DNA from: Kiritimatiellia bacterium
Lineage (GTDB): Bacteria > Verrucomicrobiota > Kiritimatiellia > RFP12 > UBA1067
DNA length: 64,000 nucleotides
Assembly (NCBI GenBank): GCA_050949565.1
Contig: JBMNFY010000017.1
Span: 1,152,001-1,216,000 of the forward strand
Direction of reading: 5' to 3'
Below are positions 55,028-63,864 of the stretch, in pieces. The stretch's first letter is position 1, and each line of letters opens with the position of its first letter. The notes below the pieces were generated by a model that searched no databases, was not told where the DNA came from, and saw nothing but the letters and a program-made list of their open reading frames with translations. The position numbers and the translations under genes are program-made.

Positions 55028-55133
55028 AAAAAAAGCTGTTCTCCTTGTGGACAAATCTAAGGCTCATAATGGCCTATTACCGTAAGACGGTAAAAGCGCA
55101 CTCGCATCTGCGGTGCAAATACAAGGAGAACAG
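55028..55133 (-). ncRNA. candidate structured small RNA (four-way junction plus U-tract)
   Basis: Perfect 13-bp closing stem CTGTTCTCCTTGT/ACAAGGAGAACAG enclosing three hairpins, followed by T7 on minus strand. Confidence 0.45.
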
Positions 55134-55584
55134 TGAAGGGCAGGGGTACAATAAACGGGACGGAGATGAAAGACCAAAAATTTTAAATTTTCGCTCCACT
55201 TAGTCGTTTTACACTGCTATCCCACGAAAAATCTGCGAAATCTGCGCCATCTGCGGATCAAAAAACCGAGCCATGCCAGAAACCAGAGAGCGTTGAGATT
55301 TCAACTGCCGGTTTTAGGCTAAATACCTGTCCCTTTGTCGTCCCTTAGTTGCACAAGATTGGTGCCGGGCTGTGTGGCACGGGCATCTTGCCCGTGTGGC
55401 GGCGTGAAACGCCGCCCGGACGAGCAACGCTCGTCCCTCCCGGCACTCCGCGAGCCGCGCCACTTAGTATGGTCTAAATACCTGTCCCTTAGTCGTCGAT
55501 GCCCGCCTTACGCGGAAAGAGTCGCCAGCGGCGAGTGGTTACGCCCGTGAGCAGACCTTTGCGGCCTTATCCTGACGAAAGCGT

Positions 55585-55613
55585 TTGACAATCGGCCCCT
55601 GCCTAAATATATT
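55585..55613 (+). promoter_or_regulatory. sigma70-type promoter of defence operon
   Basis: TTGACA-17-TATATT upstream of the HTH gene. Confidence 0.65.
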
Positions 55614-55707
55614 AGAGGATGTTTTAAGTTGGGGAAGCTGCGCCCAGCATCCCCGTTACCGCCTCTGGCGTGGCAAGAAAACCAATCGCCCATGAGGAGC
55701 TAGAGAA

Positions 55708-55923
55708 ATGGCCGAGATGGAAGACCGCTGGTTATCAGTAGACGAGATAGGCAAGTACCTCGGTGTCAGTAGTGACACCGTTTACCGCTGGATCGACAAG
55801 CATGCGATGCCCGCCCATCGCATGGGCCGCCTCTGGAAGTTCAAGAAGGATGAGGTGGACGAATGGGTAAAGGCCGGTGGCGCGGCCGAGCCTGCGGAAA
55901 CAGACAAGAAGCGCAAGGAGTAA
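55708..55923 (+). CDS. excisionase-like (HTH_17) DNA-binding protein
   Basis: WLSVDEI..YLGVS.DTVYRWI....MPAHR.GRLWKF. Confidence 0.88.
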   Translation: MAEMEDRWLSVDEIGKYLGVSSDTVYRWIDKHAMPAHRMGRLWKFKKDEVDEWVKAGGAAEPAETDKKRKE

Positions 55924-55932
55924 TAACGGGCT

Positions 55933-58107
55933 ATGAACCATGTGATCCACAACAGCATCGTGAATTTTATCTGGGGTATCGCCGACGACGTGCTGCGCGA
56001 TGTTTATGTGCGCGGCAAGTACCGCGACGTGATCCTGCCGATGACGGTCATCCGCCGTCTCGACGCGCTCTTGGAGCCGAGCAAGGAAAAGGTGCTCGGC
56101 ATGAAGAAGCAGCTCGACGGGGCCGGGATCGCCAACCAGCACGCCGCGCTCTGCCAGGCCGCAGGCGAGGCCTTTTACAACGTCTCGCCCTTTACCCTGC
56201 GCGACCTGAAGAACCGCGCCAAGCAACAACAGCTCAAGGCCGATTTCGAAGCGTATCTGGACGGCTTTTCGCCCAACGTCCAGGAGATCCTCGACAAGTT
56301 CAAGTTCCGCAACCAGATCCCGACCTTGATCGAGGCCGACATCCTCGGCCACCTGATCGAGAAGTTCCTCGACAACCGCGTCAACCTCAGCCCCAAGCCG
56401 GTGCAGGACGTGGACGGCAACGAGCTTCTTCCGGCGCTCGACAACCACTCGATGGGCACCATCTTCGAGGAGCTGATCCGCCGCTTCAACGAGGAGAACA
56501 ACGAAGAGGCCGGAGAGCACTTCACGCCCCGCGACGTGGTCAAGCTCATGGCCGACCTGATCTTCCTGCCGGTGGCCGACGATATCGAGTCGGGCGCCTA
56601 CCTTGTTTACGACGGGGCCTGCGGCACCGGCGGAATGCTGACAGTGGCTGAAGAGCGCTTGGCCGAGCTGGCCGAAAGCCACGGCAAGGATGTCTCCATT
56701 CATCTGTTCGGCCAGGAGGTGCAGCCGGAAACCTACGCCATCTCCAAGGCCGACCTGCTGCTCAAAGGCGAAGGGGCCGAGGCGGAGAACATGAAGTACG
56801 GCTCCACGCTCTCCAGCGATGCCTTCCCGTCGCAGGAATTCGATTTCATGCTCTCCAATCCGCCCTATGGCAAGAGCTGGAAGACCGACCTGGAGCGCCT
56901 GGGCGGCAAGGGCGATATCAAGGACCCGCGCTTTGTCACCCAGCACGGTGGCGACCCGGAATACAAGATGATCACCCGCTCCTCGGACGGGCAGCTCATG
57001 TTCCTGGTCAATAAGCTCTCCAAGATGAAGCACACTACCCGCCTCGGCAGCCGCATCGCCGAGATTCACAACGGCTCGTCGCTCTTCACCGGCGACGCCG
57101 GTCAGGGCGAGAGCAATATCCGCCGCTGGATCATCGAGAACGACTGGCTGGAGGCCATCATCGCCCTGCCGGAGAACATGTTCTACAACACCGGCATCGC
57201 CACCTACATCTGGGTGCTGACCAACCGCAAGTCTGATACGCGCCGGGGCAAGGTCCAGCTCATTGACGCCACCGAATGGTACGTGCCGCTGCGGCGCAAC
57301 CTCGGCAAGAAAAATTGCGAACTCTCCGAAGAGCAGATTCAAACCATTGTCGATCTGGTGGTCAATCCCCGCGAGACCGAGAAATCCAAGATCTTCCCCA
57401 ACGAGGCCTTCGGCTACTGGAAGGTGACGGTGGACCGTCCGCTGCGCCTCGCTGTCGACCTGAGTCCGGCCCGGCTGGAACGGTTCGAGCGGGCCTGCGC
57501 CAAGGCCAAGGAAGAACCGCTGGCCAACCTGGCCCACCGCGTGGCCGAGACGCTTGGAACCGGGCCGCATCTGGATTTCAACGCCTTCATGGACGCCGTT
57601 GAGGCCGATGCCGACAAGCACAGCGTGAAGCTCACCGCCAAGCGCAAGAAGCTGCTGCAGAGCGACCTCTGCGACACCAGCGAGGACGCCGCGCCGGTGC
57701 TGAAGAAGGTTCACAAGCCGGGCAAGACCACGCCAGACCCCATGATTGGGAAGTTTGAAGTGGGAAGTTTGAAATGTGAGCAGGATAAACGTCACCCCTC
57801 ACATCTGTCCCTTCCCCCTTCTTCTGTAGTCGAATACGAGCCAGATACCGCCCTACGCGACAGCGAACAGGTACCGCTGCTGGAAGAGGGCGGCATTGAG
57901 GCATTCTTCCGGCGAGAGGTGCTGCCCTACACCCCAGATGCCTGGATTGATCCGGACAAGACCCAGATTGGCTATGAGATTTCTTTTACCCGGCATTTCT
58001 ACAAACCCGCACCTATGCGTACCCTAAAGGAAATCACGGCCGATATCTACGCGCTGGAGCAGGAGACCGAAGGGCTTCTGGAACAGATTGTCGGGGAGGC
58101 TCAGTGA
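55933..58107 (+). CDS. hsdM: type I R-M methyltransferase subunit
   Basis: GEHFTPRDV, YDGACGTGGML, NPPY motif IV. Confidence 0.96.
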   Translation: MNHVIHNSIVNFIWGIADDVLRDVYVRGKYRDVILPMTVIRRLDALLEPSKEKVLGMKKQLDGAGIANQHAALCQAAGEAFYNVSPFTLRDLKNRAKQQQLKADFEAYLDGFSPNVQEILDKFKFRNQIPTLIEADILGHLIEKFLDNRVNLSPKPVQDVDGNELLPALDNHSMGTIFEELIRRFNEENNEEAGEHFTPRDVVKLMADLIFLPVADDIESGAYLVYDGACGTGGMLTVAEERLAELAESHGKDVSIHLFGQEVQPETYAISKADLLLKGEGAEAENMKYGSTLSSDAFPSQEFDFMLSNPPYGKSWKTDLERLGGKGDIKDPRFVTQHGGDPEYKMITRSSDGQLMFLVNKLSKMKHTTRLGSRIAEIHNGSSLFTGDAGQGESNIRRWIIENDWLEAIIALPENMFYNTGIATYIWVLTNRKSDTRRGKVQLIDATEWYVPLRRNLGKKNCELSEEQIQTIVDLVVNPRETEKSKIFPNEAFGYWKVTVDRPLRLAVDLSPARLERFERACAKAKEEPLANLAHRVAETLGTGPHLDFNAFMDAVEADADKHSVKLTAKRKKLLQSDLCDTSEDAAPVLKKVHKPGKTTPDPMIGKFEVGSLKCEQDKRHPSHLSLPPSSVVEYEPDTALRDSEQVPLLEEGGIEAFFRREVLPYTPDAWIDPDKTQIGYEISFTRHFYKPAPMRTLKEITADIYALEQETEGLLEQIVGEAQ

Positions 58108-59471
58108 TGAAGCTGGCTCCTTATCCAGAATACAAGGATTCTGGTGTTCCGTGGTTAGGGAAGATACCGGCGCACTGGGAACTACATCGTGGAAAATGGC
58201 TTTTTCGCAAAATGGAAAGGCCGGTTCGCTCGCAAGATGAAGTAGTCACATGCTTTCGCGATGGAACAGTTACCTTGCGAAAGAATCGTCGAATCCGGGG
58301 CTTTACCGAATCTCTCAAGGAAATCGGATACCAAGGTATTCGCAAAGGCGATCTGGTTATCCATCAAATGGATGCCTTTGCTGGCGCAGTTGGGGTATCT
58401 GACTCCGATGGGAAGGGGACTCCAGTTTATTCTGTTTGTCTCCCCAAAAGAGATTTAGACACGCATTACTACGCACAACTGGTGCGTGAGATGTCTCGCT
58501 CGTATTTTATAACTTCGCTTGCAAAGGGTATCAGGGAGAGATCAACAGATTTTCGATTCGATACCTTCGCGTCACTAACGCTCCCCGTTCCTTTGCCGGA
58601 AGAGCAAAAGGCAATTTCTCGGTTCATGAGAAATGAATCCGCACAGATCAACAAATTCATCCGCAACAAGCGGCGGCTCATCGAACTGCTCAAGGAGCAG
58701 AAGCAGAACGTCATCAACCAGGCCGTGACCCGGGGGCTTGATCCCAAGGTCAAGTTCAAGCCCAGCGGCGTGGAATGGATCGGAGATATTCCGGAGCATT
58801 GGGAGGTTCGCCGACTCAAGTTCTTGTGCCACAACCTGAATGAACAAACTTCCGAAAAACAGCCAGGCGAGACGTATATAGCTCTTGAACACGTAGAAAG
58901 CTGGACCGGCAGGATTTCACTACCTGATGACGAGATCACCTTTGATAGTCAGGTGAAACGTTTTCAGCCCGGTGATGTTTTGTTCGGAAAGCTACGCCCG
59001 TATCTGGCGAAGGTAACACGGCCACAGACCGCTGGAGTTTGTGTAGGCGAGTTTCTGGTTTTGCGAGCGACCGGAGATGTATCGGCTGATTTCCTTGAAC
59101 AAAAGCTTCGTTCAAAACGCGTAATTGATCTGATTAACAGCTCAACATTTGGGGCAAAAATGCCCCGGGCTGATTGGACATTCATAGGCAATCTGAAGTT
59201 TGCGTATCCACCTGCGGACGAGCAGCGAGAAATTCTTGAGCACATCCAGGAAAAGTCAGCGGAAATCGACCAGGCCATTATCCGTGCCCAACGTGAAATC
59301 GAACTGATGCGCGAGTACCGCACCAGGCTGATTTCCGATGTGGTCACCGGCCAGGTGGATGTGAGAAATGTGAAGTGTGAAGGGGGAAGTTTGAATGAAG
59401 ATGAGTTCGAGGATATTGAAGAGGTAGAGGAAGAAATCGAATTGCCGGAAGGTGGAGAGGATGACGAATAA
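58104..59471 (+). CDS. hsdS: type I R-M specificity subunit
   Basis: YKDSGVPWLGKIP.HW and KPSGVEWIGDIPEHW conserved blocks, two lower-GC TRDs, EYRTRLISDVVTG. Confidence 0.95.
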   Translation: MMKLAPYPEYKDSGVPWLGKIPAHWELHRGKWLFRKMERPVRSQDEVVTCFRDGTVTLRKNRRIRGFTESLKEIGYQGIRKGDLVIHQMDAFAGAVGVSDSDGKGTPVYSVCLPKRDLDTHYYAQLVREMSRSYFITSLAKGIRERSTDFRFDTFASLTLPVPLPEEQKAISRFMRNESAQINKFIRNKRRLIELLKEQKQNVINQAVTRGLDPKVKFKPSGVEWIGDIPEHWEVRRLKFLCHNLNEQTSEKQPGETYIALEHVESWTGRISLPDDEITFDSQVKRFQPGDVLFGKLRPYLAKVTRPQTAGVCVGEFLVLRATGDVSADFLEQKLRSKRVIDLINSSTFGAKMPRADWTFIGNLKFAYPPADEQREILEHIQEKSAEIDQAIIRAQREIELMREYRTRLISDVVTGQVDVRNVKCEGGSLNEDEFEDIEEVEEEIELPEGGEDDE

Positions 59472-59832
59472 ACAGCCTCCTGAAATAACTGCGAGGGCCT
59501 TTGAATTTGCGGTGCGAATCGTAAAGCTGTGTCAACACCTTGACGAGTCCCCAGGCGTAGCGAGGACCCTTGCCAGGCAGCTTATCCGTTCCGGCACATC
59601 GATTGGCGCGAATCTGGAAGAAGGGAAAGGCGCTCAGTCGGAAGCGGATTATCTGACCAAGTGTTCCATAGCGTGCAAGGAAGCCCGGGAAACCCTGTAT
59701 TGGCTAAGGTTGCTTGCCGCGTCGGAAATCCTGACGACAAATCGTCTTTCGGAAATAACAAAAGAATGCGACGAGCTGGTAGCCATTCTCACCAGCATTA
59801 CCAAACGGCTGAAGGAGAAACAGAATGGCTAA
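59461..59832 (+). CDS. four-helix-bundle protein (TIGR02436 / 23S-IVS-protein / Avd-like)
   Basis: RAFEFAVRIVKL...QLIRSGTSIGANLEE......DYL.K..IA.KEA.ET.YWLRLL. Confidence 0.92.
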   Translation: MTNKQPPEITARAFEFAVRIVKLCQHLDESPGVARTLARQLIRSGTSIGANLEEGKGAQSEADYLTKCSIACKEARETLYWLRLLAASEILTTNRLSEITKECDELVAILTSITKRLKEKQNG

Positions 59833-60862
59833 GAATTCTTCACCCCTCACCCCTCACACTTCAAACTTCTACCGAGCCCTTTTGGGCGAGGTAAAAGAGC
59901 GCATCCGCTCCGCCCAGTATGAAGCCCTCAAGGCGGTCAACAAGGAGCTGGTCGGCCTGTACTGGGACATCGGGCGGCTGATCGTGGAGCGGCAGGATGT
60001 TGAAGGCTGGGGCAAGGCGGTGGTGGAACAGCTCGCCGCCGATCTGCGGACGGAGTTTCCCGGCGTGGGTGGCTTTTCGGCCTCCAACCTCTGGCGGATG
60101 AAGGCCTTTTTCGAGGCGTACACCGGCCTGGAAAAACTCGCACCACTGGTGCGAGAAATCGGCTGGAGCCACAACCTGGCTATCCTGGAGCGCTGCAAGG
60201 ACCCGCTGGAGCGGGAATTCTATCTGCGCATGACCCGCAAGTTCGGCTGGTCCAAGAATGTCCTCATTCACCAGATCGACAACCAGAGCTATGAAAAATC
60301 CCTGCTGGGCCAGACCAACTTCGACCAGGCGCTGACGCCGGAACTTCGCGCCCAGGCCAAGCTGGCGGTGAAGGACGAATACACCTTCGATTTTCTGGAA
60401 CTGGGCGAGGAACACAGCGAGCGGGAGCTGGAGCGGGCGCTCATCGCCCGGATCGAGGATTTCCTCCGGGCCATGGGCGGCATGTTCGCCTTCATGGGCA
60501 GCCAATACCGGCTGGAGGTGGACGGCAAAGAGTTTTTCATCGACCTCTTGTTGTTTCACCGCCGTCTGCGCTGCCTTGTCGCCATTGAATTGAAAGTCGG
60601 CGAATTCCTGCCGGAGTTCGTCGGCAAGATGCAGTTTTATCTGGCGGCTCTGGACCGGCAGATCCGCCAGGAGGACGAGAACCCCTCCATCGGTATCATC
60701 CTGTGCAAGGAGAAGAGCCGCACGATTGTGGAATACGCCCTGCACGACGCCCGCAAGCCCATCGGCGTGGCCACTTATGAAATCACCAAGACCCTGCCCA
60801 AGGCGCTGAAAGGCCAACTGCCGTCACCGAAGGACATCGCCCATTTGCTGGAGGACCTATGA
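59825..60862 (+). CDS. YhcG-like DUF1016 PD-(D/E)XK nuclease domain protein
   Basis: LYWDIGRLI, GWG...V..LA.DL, GFS..NL..M..F, WSHN, KDEYTFDFL, IDLLLFHR.L...AIELK. Confidence 0.92.
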   Translation: MAKNSSPLTPHTSNFYRALLGEVKERIRSAQYEALKAVNKELVGLYWDIGRLIVERQDVEGWGKAVVEQLAADLRTEFPGVGGFSASNLWRMKAFFEAYTGLEKLAPLVREIGWSHNLAILERCKDPLEREFYLRMTRKFGWSKNVLIHQIDNQSYEKSLLGQTNFDQALTPELRAQAKLAVKDEYTFDFLELGEEHSERELERALIARIEDFLRAMGGMFAFMGSQYRLEVDGKEFFIDLLLFHRRLRCLVAIELKVGEFLPEFVGKMQFYLAALDRQIRQEDENPSIGIILCKEKSRTIVEYALHDARKPIGVATYEITKTLPKALKGQLPSPKDIAHLLEDL

Positions 60863-63800
60863 AACCGACCGACACCAGCGAAAAGGGCCTGGAGTCCATC
60901 ATCGTCGCGTCCCTCGTGGAGGAGGCCGGATACGTTCAGGGTGATCCGCAGGACTACGACCGGGAACACGCTGTCGACCTGGCCAAGCTGCTGCAATTCC
61001 TCTCCGCCACCCAGCCCGAGACCTATGAGGCTCTTGGCATCGGCGAGGAAGACGGCTCTTCCAATCCTCGGCGCACCCAGTTTCTGCAGCGCCTGCAGGG
61101 CGAGATCGCCAAGCGCGGCGTGGTAGACGTGCTGCGCGGCGGCATCAAGCACGGCCCGGCCCATGTGGACCTTTTCTACGGCACGCCGACGCCGGGCAAC
61201 GTGAAGGCGGCCGAACGGTTCGCGGCCAACATCTTCAGCGTCACCCGCCAACTTCGCTACAGCCGCAACGAGACCGCGCTCTCCCTCGACATGGCCGTAT
61301 TCATCAACGGCCTGCCCATCGCCACCTTCGAACTCAAAAATAAGCTCACCAAGCAGACGGTGCTCGATGCCGTGCAGCAGTACCAGCGCGACCGCGACCC
61401 GAAGGAGCTGCTGTTCCAGTTCGGCCGTTGCGTCGTTCATTTTGCCGTGGACGATCACGAGGTGCGTTTTTGCACCCACCTCAAGGGCAAGGGCTCGTGG
61501 TTTCTGCCCTTCAACAAGGGCTACAACGACGGCGCGGGCAATCCGCCCAACCCTGATGGGCTCGCCACCGACTACCTGTGGAAGGAGACCCTCTCCAAAG
61601 AGGGGTTGACCGATATCCTGGAAAACTACGCCCAGGTGGTGGAGGAAAAGGACGAGAAGACCGGCAAAAAGCGATACAAGCAGATCTTCCCCCGTTACCA
61701 CCAGTTGAAGGTGGTGCGCATGCTGCTGGCCAATGCCGCCGAGAGCGGCATCGGCAGGCGCTACCTGATCCAGCACTCGGCGGGCAGCGGCAAAAGTAAC
61801 TCCATCGCCTGGCTGGCGCACCAGCTCGTGGGGCTGGAACACGAGAGCAAGGCGTTGTTCGACTCGGTCATTGTGGTCACCGACCGGCGGGTGCTCGACA
61901 AACAGATCCGCGACACCATCAAGCAGTTCGCCCAGGTTTCCGCCACCGTCGGCCATGCCGAGCATTCCGGCGACCTGCGCCGCTTCCTCAAGGCCGGTAA
62001 GAAAATTATCATCACCACGGTGCAGAAGTTCCCGTTCATCCTCGATGAGATCGGCGACGAACACCGTAAGAGCAAGTTCGCCATCATCATCGACGAGGCC
62101 CATTCCAGCCAGGGCGGCAAGACCACTGCCGCGATGAATCGTGTGCTGGAAGAGACCGCGCCCTACGGCGGCTCTGATGACGAGGGGGAAGAGACGGTCG
62201 AGGACAAGATCAATAAGATCATGGAAGGCCGGAAGATGGTGACCAACGCCAGCTACTTCGCTTTCACCGCGACTCCCAAGAACAAGACCCTGGAGATCTT
62301 CGGCGAGCCGGACCCGCAGCCCGACGGAACCGTGAAGCACCACCCGTTCCACAGCTACACGATGAAACAGGCCATCCAGGAGGGCTTCATCCTCGATGTG
62401 CTGAAGAACTACACCCCGGTGGAGAGCTATTACCGCCTGGCCAAGACCGTGGAGGACGACCCGCTCTTCGACGCCAACAAGGCACAGAAAAAGCTGCGCC
62501 GCTATGTGGAGTCCCATGAGCACGCCATCCGCGAGAAGGCGGAGATCATGGTGGACCACTTCCACGCCCAGGTGATCGGCCACCGCAAGATCGGCGGCCA
62601 TGCCCGGGCCATGGTCATCACCAACGGTATCGAGCGGGCCATTCAGTATTTCCACGCCTTCAAGGACTACCTCAAGGAGCGCAAAAGCCCTTACGAGCCC
62701 ATCGTGGCTTTTTCCGGAGAGCATGAGTACGGCGGCAAAAAGGTCACCGAAGCGACCCTGAACGGCTTCCCCAGCAGTCAGATCCCGGACAAGGTTCAGC
62801 AGGACCCGTACCGCTTCCTGATCGTCGCCGACAAGTTCCAGACCGGCTACGACGAACCGCTGCTGCACACCATGTACGTGGACAAGGCGCTCTCCGGCAT
62901 CAAGGCGGTGCAGACCCTCTCGCGCCTCAATCGCGCCCACCCGCAGAAGCACGACACCTTTGTACTCGATTTCTACAACGACTCGGAGACCATCCAGAAG
63001 TCGTTCGAGCCCTATTACCGGACCACCATCCTCAGTGACGAGACCGACCCCAACAAGCTCCATGATCTGAAGTCGGATCTGGACGGCTACCAGGTCTATT
63101 CGCAGGCGCAAATCGACGATCTGGTGGGGCTTTACCTGAACGGCGCGGACCGCGACAAGCTCGACCCGATCCTGGATGCCTGCGTGGCCACCTACAACGC
63201 CGATCTTGATGAGGACGGCCAGGTGGACTTCAAAGGCAAGGCCAAGGCCTTCGTGCGCACCTACGGCTTTCTGTCCTCGATTCTGGCGTACTCGAGTGCC
63301 GACTGGGAAAAGCTGTCGATCTTCCTGAACTTCCTGATTCCGAAGCTTCCCGCGCCCAAGGAAGAGGACCTGTCCCGGGGCATCCTGGAGGCCATCGACA
63401 TGGACAGCTACCGTGTCGAGGTGAAAACCAGCCTGAAGATCGGCCTTCCAGATCAGGATGCCGAAATCGGACCGGTGCCGACCAGCGGCGGTGGCCGCAA
63501 ACCGGAACCGGAGTTGGACCAACTGAGCAATATCATCAAGGCGTTCAACGACCAGTTCGGCAACATCGATTGGAAGGACGGCGACAAGATCCGCAAGGTC
63601 ATCGCTGAGGAGATCCCGGCCAAGGTCGCGGCGGACGCGGCCTACCAGAACGCCATGAAGAACAACGATAAGAAGACCGCCCGGATCGAACACGACGCCG
63701 CGCTGCAGCGCGTCATGATCGACCTCTTGTCCGACCACACCGAGCTGTTCAAGCAGTTCAGCGACAACCCGTCGTTCAAGAAATGGCTGGGCGACACCAT

Positions 63801-63864
63801 CTTCGGCGTGACTTATCAGCAACAGGCCGAACAATCCGCAACGGGGGCGAGCCATGGACGTTAA
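60859..63864 (+). CDS. hsdR: type I R-M restriction subunit
   Basis: NGLPIATFELKN nuclease, QHSAGSGKS, DEAH, FTATP, KFQTGYDEP. Confidence 0.96.
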   Translation: MKPTDTSEKGLESIIVASLVEEAGYVQGDPQDYDREHAVDLAKLLQFLSATQPETYEALGIGEEDGSSNPRRTQFLQRLQGEIAKRGVVDVLRGGIKHGPAHVDLFYGTPTPGNVKAAERFAANIFSVTRQLRYSRNETALSLDMAVFINGLPIATFELKNKLTKQTVLDAVQQYQRDRDPKELLFQFGRCVVHFAVDDHEVRFCTHLKGKGSWFLPFNKGYNDGAGNPPNPDGLATDYLWKETLSKEGLTDILENYAQVVEEKDEKTGKKRYKQIFPRYHQLKVVRMLLANAAESGIGRRYLIQHSAGSGKSNSIAWLAHQLVGLEHESKALFDSVIVVTDRRVLDKQIRDTIKQFAQVSATVGHAEHSGDLRRFLKAGKKIIITTVQKFPFILDEIGDEHRKSKFAIIIDEAHSSQGGKTTAAMNRVLEETAPYGGSDDEGEETVEDKINKIMEGRKMVTNASYFAFTATPKNKTLEIFGEPDPQPDGTVKHHPFHSYTMKQAIQEGFILDVLKNYTPVESYYRLAKTVEDDPLFDANKAQKKLRRYVESHEHAIREKAEIMVDHFHAQVIGHRKIGGHARAMVITNGIERAIQYFHAFKDYLKERKSPYEPIVAFSGEHEYGGKKVTEATLNGFPSSQIPDKVQQDPYRFLIVADKFQTGYDEPLLHTMYVDKALSGIKAVQTLSRLNRAHPQKHDTFVLDFYNDSETIQKSFEPYYRTTILSDETDPNKLHDLKSDLDGYQVYSQAQIDDLVGLYLNGADRDKLDPILDACVATYNADLDEDGQVDFKGKAKAFVRTYGFLSSILAYSSADWEKLSIFLNFLIPKLPAPKEEDLSRGILEAIDMDSYRVEVKTSLKIGLPDQDAEIGPVPTSGGGRKPEPELDQLSNIIKAFNDQFGNIDWKDGDKIRKVIAEEIPAKVAADAAYQNAMKNNDKKTARIEHDAALQRVMIDLLSDHTELFKQFSDNPSFKKWLGDTIFGVTYQQQAEQSATGASHGR

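Noticed and set aside
59461-59832. Diversity-generating retroelement suggested by the Avd-like gene
   Set aside because: No reverse transcriptase and no TR/VR pair seen in the window.
60775-63855. 1026-aa ORF antisense to hsdR (also 55735..57795 and 59861..60817)
   Set aside because: Shadow frames of GC-rich real genes; no recognisable motifs.
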